Source of the DNA: Desulfomonilia bacterium
GTDB taxonomy: Bacteria > Desulfobacterota > Desulfomonilia > UBA1062
Direction of reading: 5' to 3'
DNA: 64,000 nt
Assembly: GCA_963664325.2 (NCBI GenBank)
Contig: CAXXDQ010000004.1
Location: 384,001-448,000 of the forward strand
Numbering within the stretch: position 1 is the stretch's first letter; every line of letters begins with the position of its first letter. A model generated the notes under the pieces. That model was not told the origin of the DNA, did no database searches, and was given only the letters and a program-made list of their open reading frames with translations. Below, piece by piece: positions 33,886 through 43,546 of the stretch. The translations under genes and the position numbers were made by a program.

Positions 33886-34800
33886 TCAAATGATAATCCT
33901 GCCTTTTTCCATGCACAGGTAGGCTGCGCCCAAAACGCCTGCATGGTCAGGAAATGAAGAGCATGCAACTCCTTTTGGCGGAAACATATAGGGCCTAGCG
34001 CTAAGCATCTCCCTGAGCTTTTCAACGGCCTTTCCCAGGAACAACTCAGATGATTTTGAAAGTCCGCCTGCAATAATAATGACTTCGGGATTCAGAATAA
34101 TCGTATAATTGTATAGAGCGATTCCCAGATATGATGAATATTTTTCCATAACCTTTAAAGCGAGAACATTGCCCGAAGAAGCAAGTAAACAGACATCCTT
34201 TGCAGATTTTGCTTCCAGGCCTTCGGAGACGGCAATATTTGCAAGTGCCGTTGCCGAACAGAATGTTTCAATGCAGCCCGAATTTCCGCAGCCGCATCTG
34301 TAGACACTGTCAAATCCCATTGCAATATGACCCCATTCACAGCCCAGATTGAGGCCCCCATGAACGACCTTGTTGTGCAGGACCGCACCTGTGCCGACAC
34401 CTGTACCGAGCGTTACGGTTATGAAGGTTGACGAGGATGCCGCCATACCCACCCAGCCCTCCGCAAGGGCGGCACCGACAGCGTCGTTTTCACAGAATAA
34501 AACGAGCCCGGTCCTTTCCTGAAGGATTTCAACGACCGGAACTTCTGTGAGGCCCTGTATGTTGACCGGATAGAGCAGCAGCCCCCGCTTCCTGTCGACC
34601 TGTCCTGCAGATACTAGCCCGGCCCTCTTTACAAGCGGATATTTTTTCTTGAGTTCGAGAACGGTTTCAACAACTGCACCCATGACCACATCACATTCGC
34701 CTTTATAATAGGGCCTGGCAACATAATCTATGATATTGCCGTCGCTGTCTATTACGCCGGCATGAATGTTGGTTCCCCCGAGATCTATGCCTATTACCAT
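33886..34800 (-). CDS. ROK-family sugar kinase
   Basis: IDLGGT, END, TLGTGVG, EWGH, CGCG..GCIE. Confidence 0.92.
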   Translation of the reverse strand: MVIGIDLGGTNIHAGVIDSDGNIIDYVARPYYKGECDVVMGAVVETVLELKKKYPLVKRAGLVSAGQVDRKRGLLLYPVNIQGLTEVPVVEILQERTGLVLFCENDAVGAALAEGWVGMAASSSTFITVTLGTGVGTGAVLHNKVVHGGLNLGCEWGHIAMGFDSVYRCGCGNSGCIETFCSATALANIAVSEGLEAKSAKDVCLLASSGNVLALKVMEKYSSYLGIALYNYTIILNPEVIIIAGGLSKSSELFLGKAVEKLREMLSARPYMFPPKGVACSSFPDHAGVLGAAYLCMEKGRIII

Positions 34801-36659
34801 ATCAGCACCTGAGCCCCTGTCGAAATAAGATATTTTATTATGTTCCCATCGATATTTTTTTCCAGGATTATTTGTCTGTCTATCTTTATCCCGGGTACCT
34901 CAATTTCTGCGCGCTTATCGGCCACGTTTATTTTTAGCGGCGGTCCGCTGTGCTGCAGGCCCAGCGCGTCAATTATTTCATAAAGGGAGACGGTATTCGA
35001 ATCAAGAACCTGGTAGCCTTTTTTAACAAGCATGTCCTTGATGTCATCATCGACAGGAGATGAAACGAGAATAATCCTGCCGGCAAGGATAGGTGCCTTG
35101 AACGAAACATTAACCGTCTCTTCATCCAACAGAAGGATTTCCACTTCCTTTTTGTATTTCACGTCAAGGGCATCGAAAAGGGCTTTGTATGAATGCGTTA
35201 ACTCTTTTGCGCCGCTTCTTGAAGAGGATGATTCAGAGGCCTTTCCCCCTATGTCAATTATGTCAAGACCGAAATGAGCCGCATACTCCATGATTGTTTT
35301 AGGGGTACGTATCTGGTCGTCATTCAGGATGTTTATCACGTAAACATTGCTTCTCGTAAAGTCTTTATAAACAATCCACCGGCCGGAAAGCTTGACCTTT
35401 TCCTCGGCGCCTACGATTATCGGATCACCATCCTTGTTTATTGAGAAATACCCGGAAACATTCAAAACCTTGTCCATCACAGCCTCAAGATCTGAACCCG
35501 GATCGCTGATTATCCTGCAGTCAGGGAATGTTTTTTCGATAAGGCCTTTTACCTTTGGGGATAACTTTCCATTGAAATCAATGATCACCTTTTTGCCGGT
35601 ATCGAGTTCAAGCACGGGGATTTCCTGTGTATTAATCGCCACATTGCCGCCTGATACAGGCATGTAATATTTCCCGTCCTCGCGGCTTGTGGCCCCCATC
35701 TGCTTGAAGGTCGGGATAAGGGAATTTTTAATAATCCTTGCAGCATTTGCCTTGCTGGCAGGAATGGAAACGGGTTTAGTATTTGTCAGTGGTTTTTCCG
35801 GCAATGCTGTTGGAGGAGCGCTGCTTTGCATGGATTTTACTGATTCACGGGGAACGGAGACCTTCTGTTCTTTTATCGGAGGGGATGGTTTGGCCTCAGC
35901 TTTTTGTTCGCCTGGACTTGGCTTATCGACCTTTACTTTCGCCTCCGGCTGTACGACTTCAGTCTTTGCCTCTGGCTGTATAACTTCAGGCTTGGGTTCG
36001 GGCATTGGAACTGCTGCAGCAACTTTTTTTTCGGACGGTTCCGGCAGCACAGGAGCTGTTTTTTCAGGCACCGGAACCGGGACCGGAAGGGGCTCTTGTT
36101 TTAAAGCAGCCGCAGGTTTTTCACTAATTGAAGATTTTTCAACAAGCTGTTTTGGCATTTTTACCCGCTGGCCTGGAACTACATAGTTCAGGTTTTTTAT
36201 TTCAGGATTAAGTTCGGAGATGGCCTTTAAATATTCTTTCTGGATATCTTCATCTGTAAGCCCGTAAACCTTTTTTAATATCTTTATAAGGTGCTCTCCC
36301 TGCTTTATGGTGTAGTAGTCTTTCCCGACTTCCTGCATTTCAAGCGATTTCGACGAAGCCTTCACCCTGTTTATTTTTGGCAGGACAATCTTCTGTTCAG
36401 GCTTGATAATGTTTAAATTTTTAATTCCCGGATTCAACAGTTTGAACTGATGGTAGAGGTAAGGCAGTTCCTCCGGTTTTGCCCCGAGTGCCCCGGAAAG
36501 GATTTTGTATAAAGTATCGTTGTTTTTTACCGTATAAGATGACTTTCCATCAACAGCGGGAGACGCTTTTTTGGCATGCTTGACAAGTGTTATGTCATCG
36601 GCAAGAGAAGCAGAGAAGAAGAGGAATATTGCCAAGGCGACAAAAAGCCCTTTTTCCAT
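34794..36659 (-). CDS. Secreted protein with two LysM domains and a Pro/Glu/Lys-rich linker
   Basis: Signal peptide; YTVK..DTL.KI...LNP.IKNLN.I.P.Q and YTIKQGE.L...LNP.IKNLN.V.PGQ. Confidence 0.8.
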   Translation of the reverse strand: MEKGLFVALAIFLFFSASLADDITLVKHAKKASPAVDGKSSYTVKNNDTLYKILSGALGAKPEELPYLYHQFKLLNPGIKNLNIIKPEQKIVLPKINRVKASSKSLEMQEVGKDYYTIKQGEHLIKILKKVYGLTDEDIQKEYLKAISELNPEIKNLNYVVPGQRVKMPKQLVEKSSISEKPAAALKQEPLPVPVPVPEKTAPVLPEPSEKKVAAAVPMPEPKPEVIQPEAKTEVVQPEAKVKVDKPSPGEQKAEAKPSPPIKEQKVSVPRESVKSMQSSAPPTALPEKPLTNTKPVSIPASKANAARIIKNSLIPTFKQMGATSREDGKYYMPVSGGNVAINTQEIPVLELDTGKKVIIDFNGKLSPKVKGLIEKTFPDCRIISDPGSDLEAVMDKVLNVSGYFSINKDGDPIIVGAEEKVKLSGRWIVYKDFTRSNVYVINILNDDQIRTPKTIMEYAAHFGLDIIDIGGKASESSSSRSGAKELTHSYKALFDALDVKYKKEVEILLLDEETVNVSFKAPILAGRIILVSSPVDDDIKDMLVKKGYQVLDSNTVSLYEIIDALGLQHSGPPLKINVADKRAEIEVPGIKIDRQIILEKNIDGNIIKYLISTGAQVLIW

Positions 36660-36660
36660 T

Positions 36661-39111
36661 TTAAAATACCTCCTTCATCAAGGTGTCTTCTGGTACCGGG
36701 ATGTCCTCGTCTTTCTTAGGCAGGGTGCCTTCCTTGAAGCATTCGAATCTTGCGCCCGGCAAAGGGCTCGCTGTTACAAGACCGGTTTTCGGATTGATCT
36801 GTGCAAAGACAATACCGGCAGGAACCTTGAAGTCTGCAGATGGTTTTCCTGATTCCGCAGCCTTCATGAAATCAAGAAATATAGGCGCTGCAGCCCTCCC
36901 CCCGGCTTCTTTTTCTCCCAGCGGCTGCATATCATCATAACCAACCCAGACTCCGCAAAGGATATCCGGTGTGTAGCCGATAAACCATGCGTCTTTGAAA
37001 TCATCGCTGGTACCAGTTTTCCCGGCCACAGGCCTTCCAAGAGCCTTTACTCTTGTGGCTGTCCCGTTCTGGACCGCATCGGCGAGCATATTTGTAATAA
37101 TGTAAGCTGTCTGAGGGTCAATGATGACAGGTTCTTCTTCTGCTTGAATCTCGGGAGAATCTTCAGCGTCAATTGTGTCATCATCGGATGGCTGCTCCGG
37201 TCCTGCTGCTGTAGTCTCAGGAGGGCTTTCTTTCTGTGGCGGTTCAAAGCCGGCTTCCTCATTTTGTTCTTTCTTTTCCTGAATTGTGATTCCCGTGGAT
37301 GTATAAACTTGAGCCCCGGCCTGTGGGGCAGTATAAATCGATGTTCCGTTTGCCTCGAGGATGCTTTCTATTGCGGTCGGCTCAAATGGTTTGCCAGAGC
37401 CTGCAAAGACCGCAAATCCCTTTGTCAGGTTATACGGGGTGACCGCGCCGGTTCCCAGGGCGAGGGAGAGATCTCTTGGAAATTCACCTTCCATTCCGAA
37501 TTTTTTCAGATAGTCCAGGGCGTAATCTATTCCAATATCCTTCAGAATTTTTACTGTCACGACATTCCTTGACATAACAAGGCCGGTCCTGAGCGTTGTT
37601 GCCCCATAATATTTTCTTTCATAATTCTGGGGATTGTAACCTTCATCAAGTTCATCTTTTTTGAATGTCTCCGGGGCATCTATTATGATGGATGTAGTGG
37701 TGTACCCTTTGTCAATGGCCGCCGCATATATGAAAGGCTTGATTGCGGAACCGCTCTGGCGTCTGGCGCTGATAGCCCTGTTAAACTGGCTTCTGGCGTA
37801 ATCAACACCACCGACGATGGCAGTAAGTTTGCTGCCTGACAAGTCAAAAGCCACAAGTGCGGATTGAATCAACGGATCCTGTGACAAAATAAAATTATTT
37901 CCGGCGCTGAGGACCCTGACCAGATCGCCCGGCTTCAGAATATCAGCAGGAGTCCATTTCTTAACCGGCGAGATCCATTCATACGATTTTGGCGTCAGGT
38001 CGACGGTCTTTGTGCCGATATCAACCTTAAGAGGTAAAACCGACTTTACTTCACCGTAGTAAATTTCGTAATCAGTAATACCTTCCCATTCAATGCGGTT
38101 TTTCTGAAAGGCCATAATATCGGCTATCTGTGTTTTATCGAAGCCGGTGACGGGTCCACGGTAAAGGCCCTGGCGCATCTCAATCTCGATGACACCCTTT
38201 CGGGCCGCCAATTCTGATGCATCCTGCAGTTTTGGTATAATGGAGGTCTTTATCGTGATGCCGTTATTAAATATTTCAGTCCCGTATTTCTGGGTTATAA
38301 ACTGGTGAACATAGTCGGTTACATATGGATATCGCGTGAACATTGCATAATTCTTGCCTGTGATTCGCAGGGGCTCCTGATATGCCTTTTCAGCCTCTTC
38401 CTGTGAAATGTACCTTTCAGCGGCCATGCGGGAGAGCACGTAATTTTGCCTTTTCTTGGCAGAAGGAAGGCTGTTGAGCGGCGAATATCTTGCTGGTGCA
38501 GGCGCAAGTCCGGCGAGCAGGGACATTTCCGGGAGAGTAAGCTCCTTGCACTCCTTGTTGAAATATCTGAGTGATGCGGCGCCTACGCCGCTTGCCCCGC
38601 TGCCAAGGTAGACCCTGTTGAGATACAGGTTAAGTATCTGGTCTTTTGTGAGGGATCGCTCTATCCTTATTGCAAGAACCGATTCCCGGACTTTTCTGTA
38701 TATGGTTTTTTCCCTGCCGAGCAGATAGGTCCTGACAACCTGCTGGGTTATGGTTGATGCGCCCTGCGAGTATGAAGCCGCCCTTATATCGGTAATAACT
38801 GCCGCTATGATGCGCCGGTAATCAAGCCCTGCATGGGAATAAAATGTAGCATCCTCTGCGGAAATAAAGGCCTTTTTAAGCATCTCAGGGATGTCCTTGT
38901 CGTCAAGGATAACCATGCCGCCGGGGGGATAATATCCTATGACGGAACCGTCGGCCGCCAGAACCTTGCTTACAAGGGTAGGCTGAGGCTCCTTGAGCTC
39001 CTGAATGGAAGGCAGTCCCTGCATCATAAAAAGCCAGAGACCGGCAGCAAAGATTATTATTGCACAGAGAATGCCTAAAAGAATTACCGGGATCCACCTG
39101 ATTTTTCTCAT
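36661..39111 (-). CDS. mrcA: Class A penicillin-binding protein (PBP1A family)
   Basis: Transglycosylase ED..F..H.G, GASTITQQ, RK..E; transpeptidase SAIK, SRN, KTGT; start at MRKIRW. Confidence 0.93.
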   Translation of the reverse strand: MRKIRWIPVILLGILCAIIIFAAGLWLFMMQGLPSIQELKEPQPTLVSKVLAADGSVIGYYPPGGMVILDDKDIPEMLKKAFISAEDATFYSHAGLDYRRIIAAVITDIRAASYSQGASTITQQVVRTYLLGREKTIYRKVRESVLAIRIERSLTKDQILNLYLNRVYLGSGASGVGAASLRYFNKECKELTLPEMSLLAGLAPAPARYSPLNSLPSAKKRQNYVLSRMAAERYISQEEAEKAYQEPLRITGKNYAMFTRYPYVTDYVHQFITQKYGTEIFNNGITIKTSIIPKLQDASELAARKGVIEIEMRQGLYRGPVTGFDKTQIADIMAFQKNRIEWEGITDYEIYYGEVKSVLPLKVDIGTKTVDLTPKSYEWISPVKKWTPADILKPGDLVRVLSAGNNFILSQDPLIQSALVAFDLSGSKLTAIVGGVDYARSQFNRAISARRQSGSAIKPFIYAAAIDKGYTTTSIIIDAPETFKKDELDEGYNPQNYERKYYGATTLRTGLVMSRNVVTVKILKDIGIDYALDYLKKFGMEGEFPRDLSLALGTGAVTPYNLTKGFAVFAGSGKPFEPTAIESILEANGTSIYTAPQAGAQVYTSTGITIQEKKEQNEEAGFEPPQKESPPETTAAGPEQPSDDDTIDAEDSPEIQAEEEPVIIDPQTAYIITNMLADAVQNGTATRVKALGRPVAGKTGTSDDFKDAWFIGYTPDILCGVWVGYDDMQPLGEKEAGGRAAAPIFLDFMKAAESGKPSADFKVPAGIVFAQINPKTGLVTASPLPGARFECFKEGTLPKKDEDIPVPEDTLMKEVF

Positions 39112-39168
39112 AGAAGAAGAATAAATGCAAGATGCCCAAGATTCAAGGATAAATAACACCCGTGAACA

Positions 39169-39891
39169 TTATATTGGAGATTTTTTTATAAGATAAAGAT
39201 ATGCCGTGCCGAAAAAAACGGGCGTTTTCTCAAGAATTTCAAAACCGCAGCCTTGCATCATCAATGCAAGATGGGCAGGTGCTGGAAAGCGCATGACCGA
39301 ATCCCTGAGATAACGGTATGAATCGTGATCACCCGACAGAAGGCCTCCCAGAAAAGGCAGAATGGACCGGAAATAAATTAGGTAAACAAACCTGATTAAC
39401 CTGTTATCCGGGAGTGACAGTTCCATGATGGACATAATCCCGTCAGGTGAAAGAATCTTACGGCACTCCCTTAAAAAGCCTTGGATATCGGGAATATTCC
39501 GCATTCCGAAGCAGATCATCACCTTATTAAAACTGTTAACGGGAAACGGCATATCAAGTGCGTTGGCCTTAATGGGAATAAACCTTCCCTCCTCAAGATA
39601 GGCCTGAAGGCGGATTTTTGCTTTGGCCAGCATGCCGGAGGAAAGATCAACCCCGATTACACGGCAGCCGGCTTTCCTGAGGGCGGCAAGAGCCAGCATA
39701 CCGGTGCCTGTCGCAATATCAAGAACAATATCGCCGTCTTTTATTTCAAGTGCGGCAACTGCCCTTGAGCGCCACAATCTGTCGATGCCCAGAGACAGGA
39801 TTGTGTTTATCGGGTCATATGACGATGCTATCCCGTCGAAGAGCCTGCCTATCCTGCCGGCGGATTTGTCCAGGTTGGTTTGAATATCCAT
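39169..39891 (-). CDS. ubiE: UbiE/MenG-family C-methyltransferase
   Basis: F..IA..YD..N..LSLG....WR, LDIATGTG, FGMRN, Y.YL..S. Confidence 0.88.
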   Translation of the reverse strand: MDIQTNLDKSAGRIGRLFDGIASSYDPINTILSLGIDRLWRSRAVAALEIKDGDIVLDIATGTGMLALAALRKAGCRVIGVDLSSGMLAKAKIRLQAYLEEGRFIPIKANALDMPFPVNSFNKVMICFGMRNIPDIQGFLRECRKILSPDGIMSIMELSLPDNRLIRFVYLIYFRSILPFLGGLLSGDHDSYRYLRDSVMRFPAPAHLALMMQGCGFEILEKTPVFFGTAYLYLIKKSPI

Positions 39892-40167
39892 TTGATAACC
39901 ATATATGTTAGCGAACCTGAAATAAACAAGAATCCTCAAAAACGCTAAGTAATTCAGGGATATTAATGAATCTTTTGATAAAGTTTCATCAGATTAGACC
40001 GATAAAATAAATTGTGAGATATCACAACAGCCAGCCAGTGAATAGAAAATCAATAGTGATATCTGAGTGTATTCCCTTTAGAAATTGCTAACTGGAGGAA
40101 CAATACAAATATGAAAGAAGATTATGCGGAATATAAGGCGGATAATCATGAAGACAAGGGGGAACAA

Positions 40168-41397
40168 ATGAAACAAACAAATTTTAATGTTTATTTAATG
40201 TCTTTTTGCAAGATGTTTTTAATAATATTTACTGTAGCTGCATTTTCAACAGGATGCAGCAGTAGCAGCAGCAATCAAACATCAACCCCATCCCCACCCG
40301 TCTCATTAATTCCAGTGTCTACCCAATACGCCGCCAGCGTATGGCCGAGGCTGCATCAGAACGATTTCAACAACGGCCAGAGCATGGTCGATACAAGCTC
40401 CAATACAGGCGCACTGAAATGGACGTTTTATGCCGGGGCCAAGGTGGATTCCTCGCCTGCGATCGGTGCAGACGGCACGATCTATATCGGGTGTGAAAAC
40501 GGCAATCTCTATGCGCTCGACCCATCGGACGGCACGCAAAAATGGGCGTATCAGACCGGCGGCATAATATATACATCCTCGCCTGCGGTTGCAGCTGACG
40601 GTACGATCTATATTGGCTCCCAAACTGGTTTTTTTGCGATCAATCCGGATGGCTCGCTTAAATGGTCATATGGGACCGGTGACACAGAGGCCGGCTCGCC
40701 TGCCATCGATGCAAACGGAATAATCTATGTGCCGTCATACGATTATAATCTCTACGAGTTCAACCCTGACGGCGTGCGGCGATTTACCGTTTCCACCGGA
40801 AATTCCATGGCCGGCGCGCCTGCGATAGACCCGAACGGCACGGTATATATTGGATCTAATGATAAGACCGTCTATGCGCTCGGTGACGGCTTTTCAATAA
40901 TGTGGACATTTAAAACCAAAAACGGGATGGGCATGCCGGCGATAGGGCCTGATGGCTACACGCTCTATGTGGGCGGACTCGACGGCTATCTTTACTCGCT
41001 CGATGGATATACCGGCAAAGAGAACTGGAAACTTTATCTGCATAATCCGATAGAAGCTACACCCGCAATCGGGACGGACGGCACGATCTATGTGGGGACG
41101 ACTGCACCAAATTCCTCTACAAATGACACCGTCTATGCAGTCAGCCCGTCCGGCAAGAAGTTATGGGGATTCAGGGCCAATGATCAATTGGATTCTTCTG
41201 CCGTAGTTGGGTATGACGGCACGATCTATATCGGGGGTGAAGGTTCGGATTTCATTGCGCTAACTTCGGCCGGCAAGATGAAATGGATAATTGGCGGCAT
41301 TTCTAATTTTTTAACCATCAATTCCACGCCTGCAATCGGTGAAGACGGCACGATCTATTTCGGCGCCGATGACGGCTACGTGTATGCGATACACTGA
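40168..41397 (+). CDS. Lipoprotein with PQQ-like beta-propeller repeats
   Basis: Lipobox STGC plus Ser run; about eight (S)PAIG.DGTIY.G...YA....G..KW blades; start probably ATG 40168. Confidence 0.85.
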   Translation: MKQTNFNVYLMSFCKMFLIIFTVAAFSTGCSSSSSNQTSTPSPPVSLIPVSTQYAASVWPRLHQNDFNNGQSMVDTSSNTGALKWTFYAGAKVDSSPAIGADGTIYIGCENGNLYALDPSDGTQKWAYQTGGIIYTSSPAVAADGTIYIGSQTGFFAINPDGSLKWSYGTGDTEAGSPAIDANGIIYVPSYDYNLYEFNPDGVRRFTVSTGNSMAGAPAIDPNGTVYIGSNDKTVYALGDGFSIMWTFKTKNGMGMPAIGPDGYTLYVGGLDGYLYSLDGYTGKENWKLYLHNPIEATPAIGTDGTIYVGTTAPNSSTNDTVYAVSPSGKKLWGFRANDQLDSSAVVGYDGTIYIGGEGSDFIALTSAGKMKWIIGGISNFLTINSTPAIGEDGTIYFGADDGYVYAIH

Positions 41398-41708
41398 TAG
41401 AAAAACAGAACACTGAACTTAAAAAAATATTCGGTAACATTCCGGAATGGAATCGTCAAAAATATCAACTATTCCGGTCAATTATTCCCTCTCGCCGCCA
41501 CGCTCCGGCCTGACAGCGTAATTTAATCAAAGCGCCGGCTTTTTCAATGAACCCAACCCGTAAAAAGCACTTATAACCCAGCTTTAAAGCAATTTAATTA
41601 TGGATAAGAGCCGGTCTTACTGAAACATTTGACAAAAACCATTAAGTCATGCAGGGGTCATTTAGGCGTTTATTTAAAAAAGTTGAATCAGCGAAAGAGG
41701 AGATGCTT

Positions 41709-42800
41709 ATGACGGGCAGGGAAAGAATACTGACAGCACTGGAGCGCCGGGAACCGGACCGCGTTCCTGTTTGGGAAATGGCTTTCAATGAGGAGTCGAT
41801 CATCAAGATCGGAAAATTTTTCACCGATGATCTGCCGCCTATGAAATTTGCAAGCCAGATGACAATGGAGGAGAAAATCAAGCTCCTCAATACCCTGTTC
41901 ACATTTGCCAAGGCCTTGGAACTGGACGGCCTCACTTCGATCACGCTGCCCGTCACGGAAAAGATCGACGAGGAACACTACAAAGACGGCTGGGGCCGCG
42001 TTCTTTATGTAGCCGGAGAAGGGGAAGCGACAGCCGTGGGAGGACCCGTTTCAGGACCTGATGACCTTAAGGGGCTCAAAATATACCACCCGCAGGATAT
42101 GGATTTCCTTATGCTGATGGCATCGACAGGCGGCATGGGAAAGGATATAGCACAGGTCTTTGTCCAGCCTGGACCCTTCCGTGAAAGCTGGTCGCTACTG
42201 GGGAGCATGGAGAAGCTTCTGTTTTATTACATTAAAAAACCATCTTTCGTGCTGGATCTGGCCCGTATAGTGACTGATTACATATTGGAGGTGGTTGATA
42301 AGGCAGCGGCGCTTGGAGCGGATGTTTTTGCCCTGGACGGCGATCTCGCCTTCAACCAGACGACCCTGATGTCACCGGCCCAGTACAGGCAGTTCATCTT
42401 TCCGTTCCATAAGGAGATCGTCGCGCGTGCTCATGAGCGGGGACTCAAAATCATCAAGCACTCAGACGGCAACATGGGACCTATCCTTGCGGATATCGCG
42501 GCAGCGGGTTTTGACGGCTTCCACCCCAACCAGCCCCAGTGCATGGATATAGGAGAGGTGAAGGCCCGCTTTGGAGACCGCCTTTGCCTGCTGGGAAATA
42601 TCGACTGCACGTATCTCCTTCCCTTCGGTACAGAGGAAGAGGTGGAACAGACCGTCAAAGAAACGATTGCTAAAGCGGCGCCCGGGGGAGGCTACATCAT
42701 AAGCTCATCCAATTCCATCCATCCTGGCTGCAAACCGGAAAATTACCTGGCCATGGTAAGGGCGGCGCGCAAATATGGAACATATCCCATTGGAGTCTGA
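41709..42800 (+). CDS. Uroporphyrinogen-decarboxylase-family protein (methylcobalamin methyltransferase MT2-like)
   Basis: MT.RER...AL....PDRVP, HSDG, GNID, GGGYI.SSSNSI; adjacent corrinoid protein. Confidence 0.85.
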   Translation: MTGRERILTALERREPDRVPVWEMAFNEESIIKIGKFFTDDLPPMKFASQMTMEEKIKLLNTLFTFAKALELDGLTSITLPVTEKIDEEHYKDGWGRVLYVAGEGEATAVGGPVSGPDDLKGLKIYHPQDMDFLMLMASTGGMGKDIAQVFVQPGPFRESWSLLGSMEKLLFYYIKKPSFVLDLARIVTDYILEVVDKAAALGADVFALDGDLAFNQTTLMSPAQYRQFIFPFHKEIVARAHERGLKIIKHSDGNMGPILADIAAAGFDGFHPNQPQCMDIGEVKARFGDRLCLLGNIDCTYLLPFGTEEEVEQTVKETIAKAAPGGGYIISSSNSIHPGCKPENYLAMVRAARKYGTYPIGV

Positions 42801-42908
42801 TAAACAGGCGAATGGCATCATATGGCCGGCTGCAGGTTCCTAACGTAGCTGTATCGGCCGGCGAGGCTGGCTGATAAAACGGAATAAATACAATGAAGGA
42901 GACAGGCA

Positions 42909-43535
42909 ATGGTTAAAACGCTGGAAGATATAAGAAATGCTGTTCAGACAGGGGATGAAGATAAGGTTAAAACACTTGTGGAAGAGGCCATCCGTGAGGG
43001 GCTTACACCTCGGGAGATTCTGGAAGAGGCCATGATGCCTGCTATGGAGGAAATCGGCGGACGTTTCGCCCAGGGCGAAGCCTTCATTCCGGAACTGATC
43101 GTAGCGGCACACGCCATGGAAGAGGGGATGGCCGCCCTGAAAGCCCGATTTGAAGGAACGATAAAGGATCGCGGGAAGGTGGTCCTGGGTACCGTAGAGG
43201 GAGATATCCATTCCATAGGCAAGAACCTCGTCCGGATGTGCATGGAAGGTGCCGGCTATGAGGTCATCGATCTGGGCGAGGGCGTAAAAACAGAGAAATT
43301 CGTTGAGGCCTATACAAACATGAAACCGGATGTCCTTGGCCTGTCAGCCCTTTTAAGTTCGACTATGCTCTATATGAAAAAGACAATCGATGCCATCCGG
43401 GCCATTGATCCCGACGCCCGAATCGTCGTGGGCGGAACCCCGGTAACCCAGGCGTTTGCAGATCAGATCGGGGCCAGCGGGTATGCCCCGGACGCTTTTA
43501 CAGCCGTTCAGTGCATCCAGGGCCTTCTGGAATAG
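42909..43535 (+). CDS. Corrinoid (B12-binding) protein, MtaC-like
   Basis: Cap domain M..IG.RF...E.FIPE; GDIHSIGKNLV (DxHxxG), SALL, VGG. Confidence 0.93.
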   Translation: MVKTLEDIRNAVQTGDEDKVKTLVEEAIREGLTPREILEEAMMPAMEEIGGRFAQGEAFIPELIVAAHAMEEGMAALKARFEGTIKDRGKVVLGTVEGDIHSIGKNLVRMCMEGAGYEVIDLGEGVKTEKFVEAYTNMKPDVLGLSALLSSTMLYMKKTIDAIRAIDPDARIVVGGTPVTQAFADQIGASGYAPDAFTAVQCIQGLLE

Positions 43536-43546
43536 GCCGACATAAC

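Noticed and set aside
40430-41390. Recurring GACGGCACGATCTAT DNA repeats as a CRISPR or mobile repeat
   Set aside because: In-frame coding repeats of beta-propeller blades (DGTIY); no cas genes
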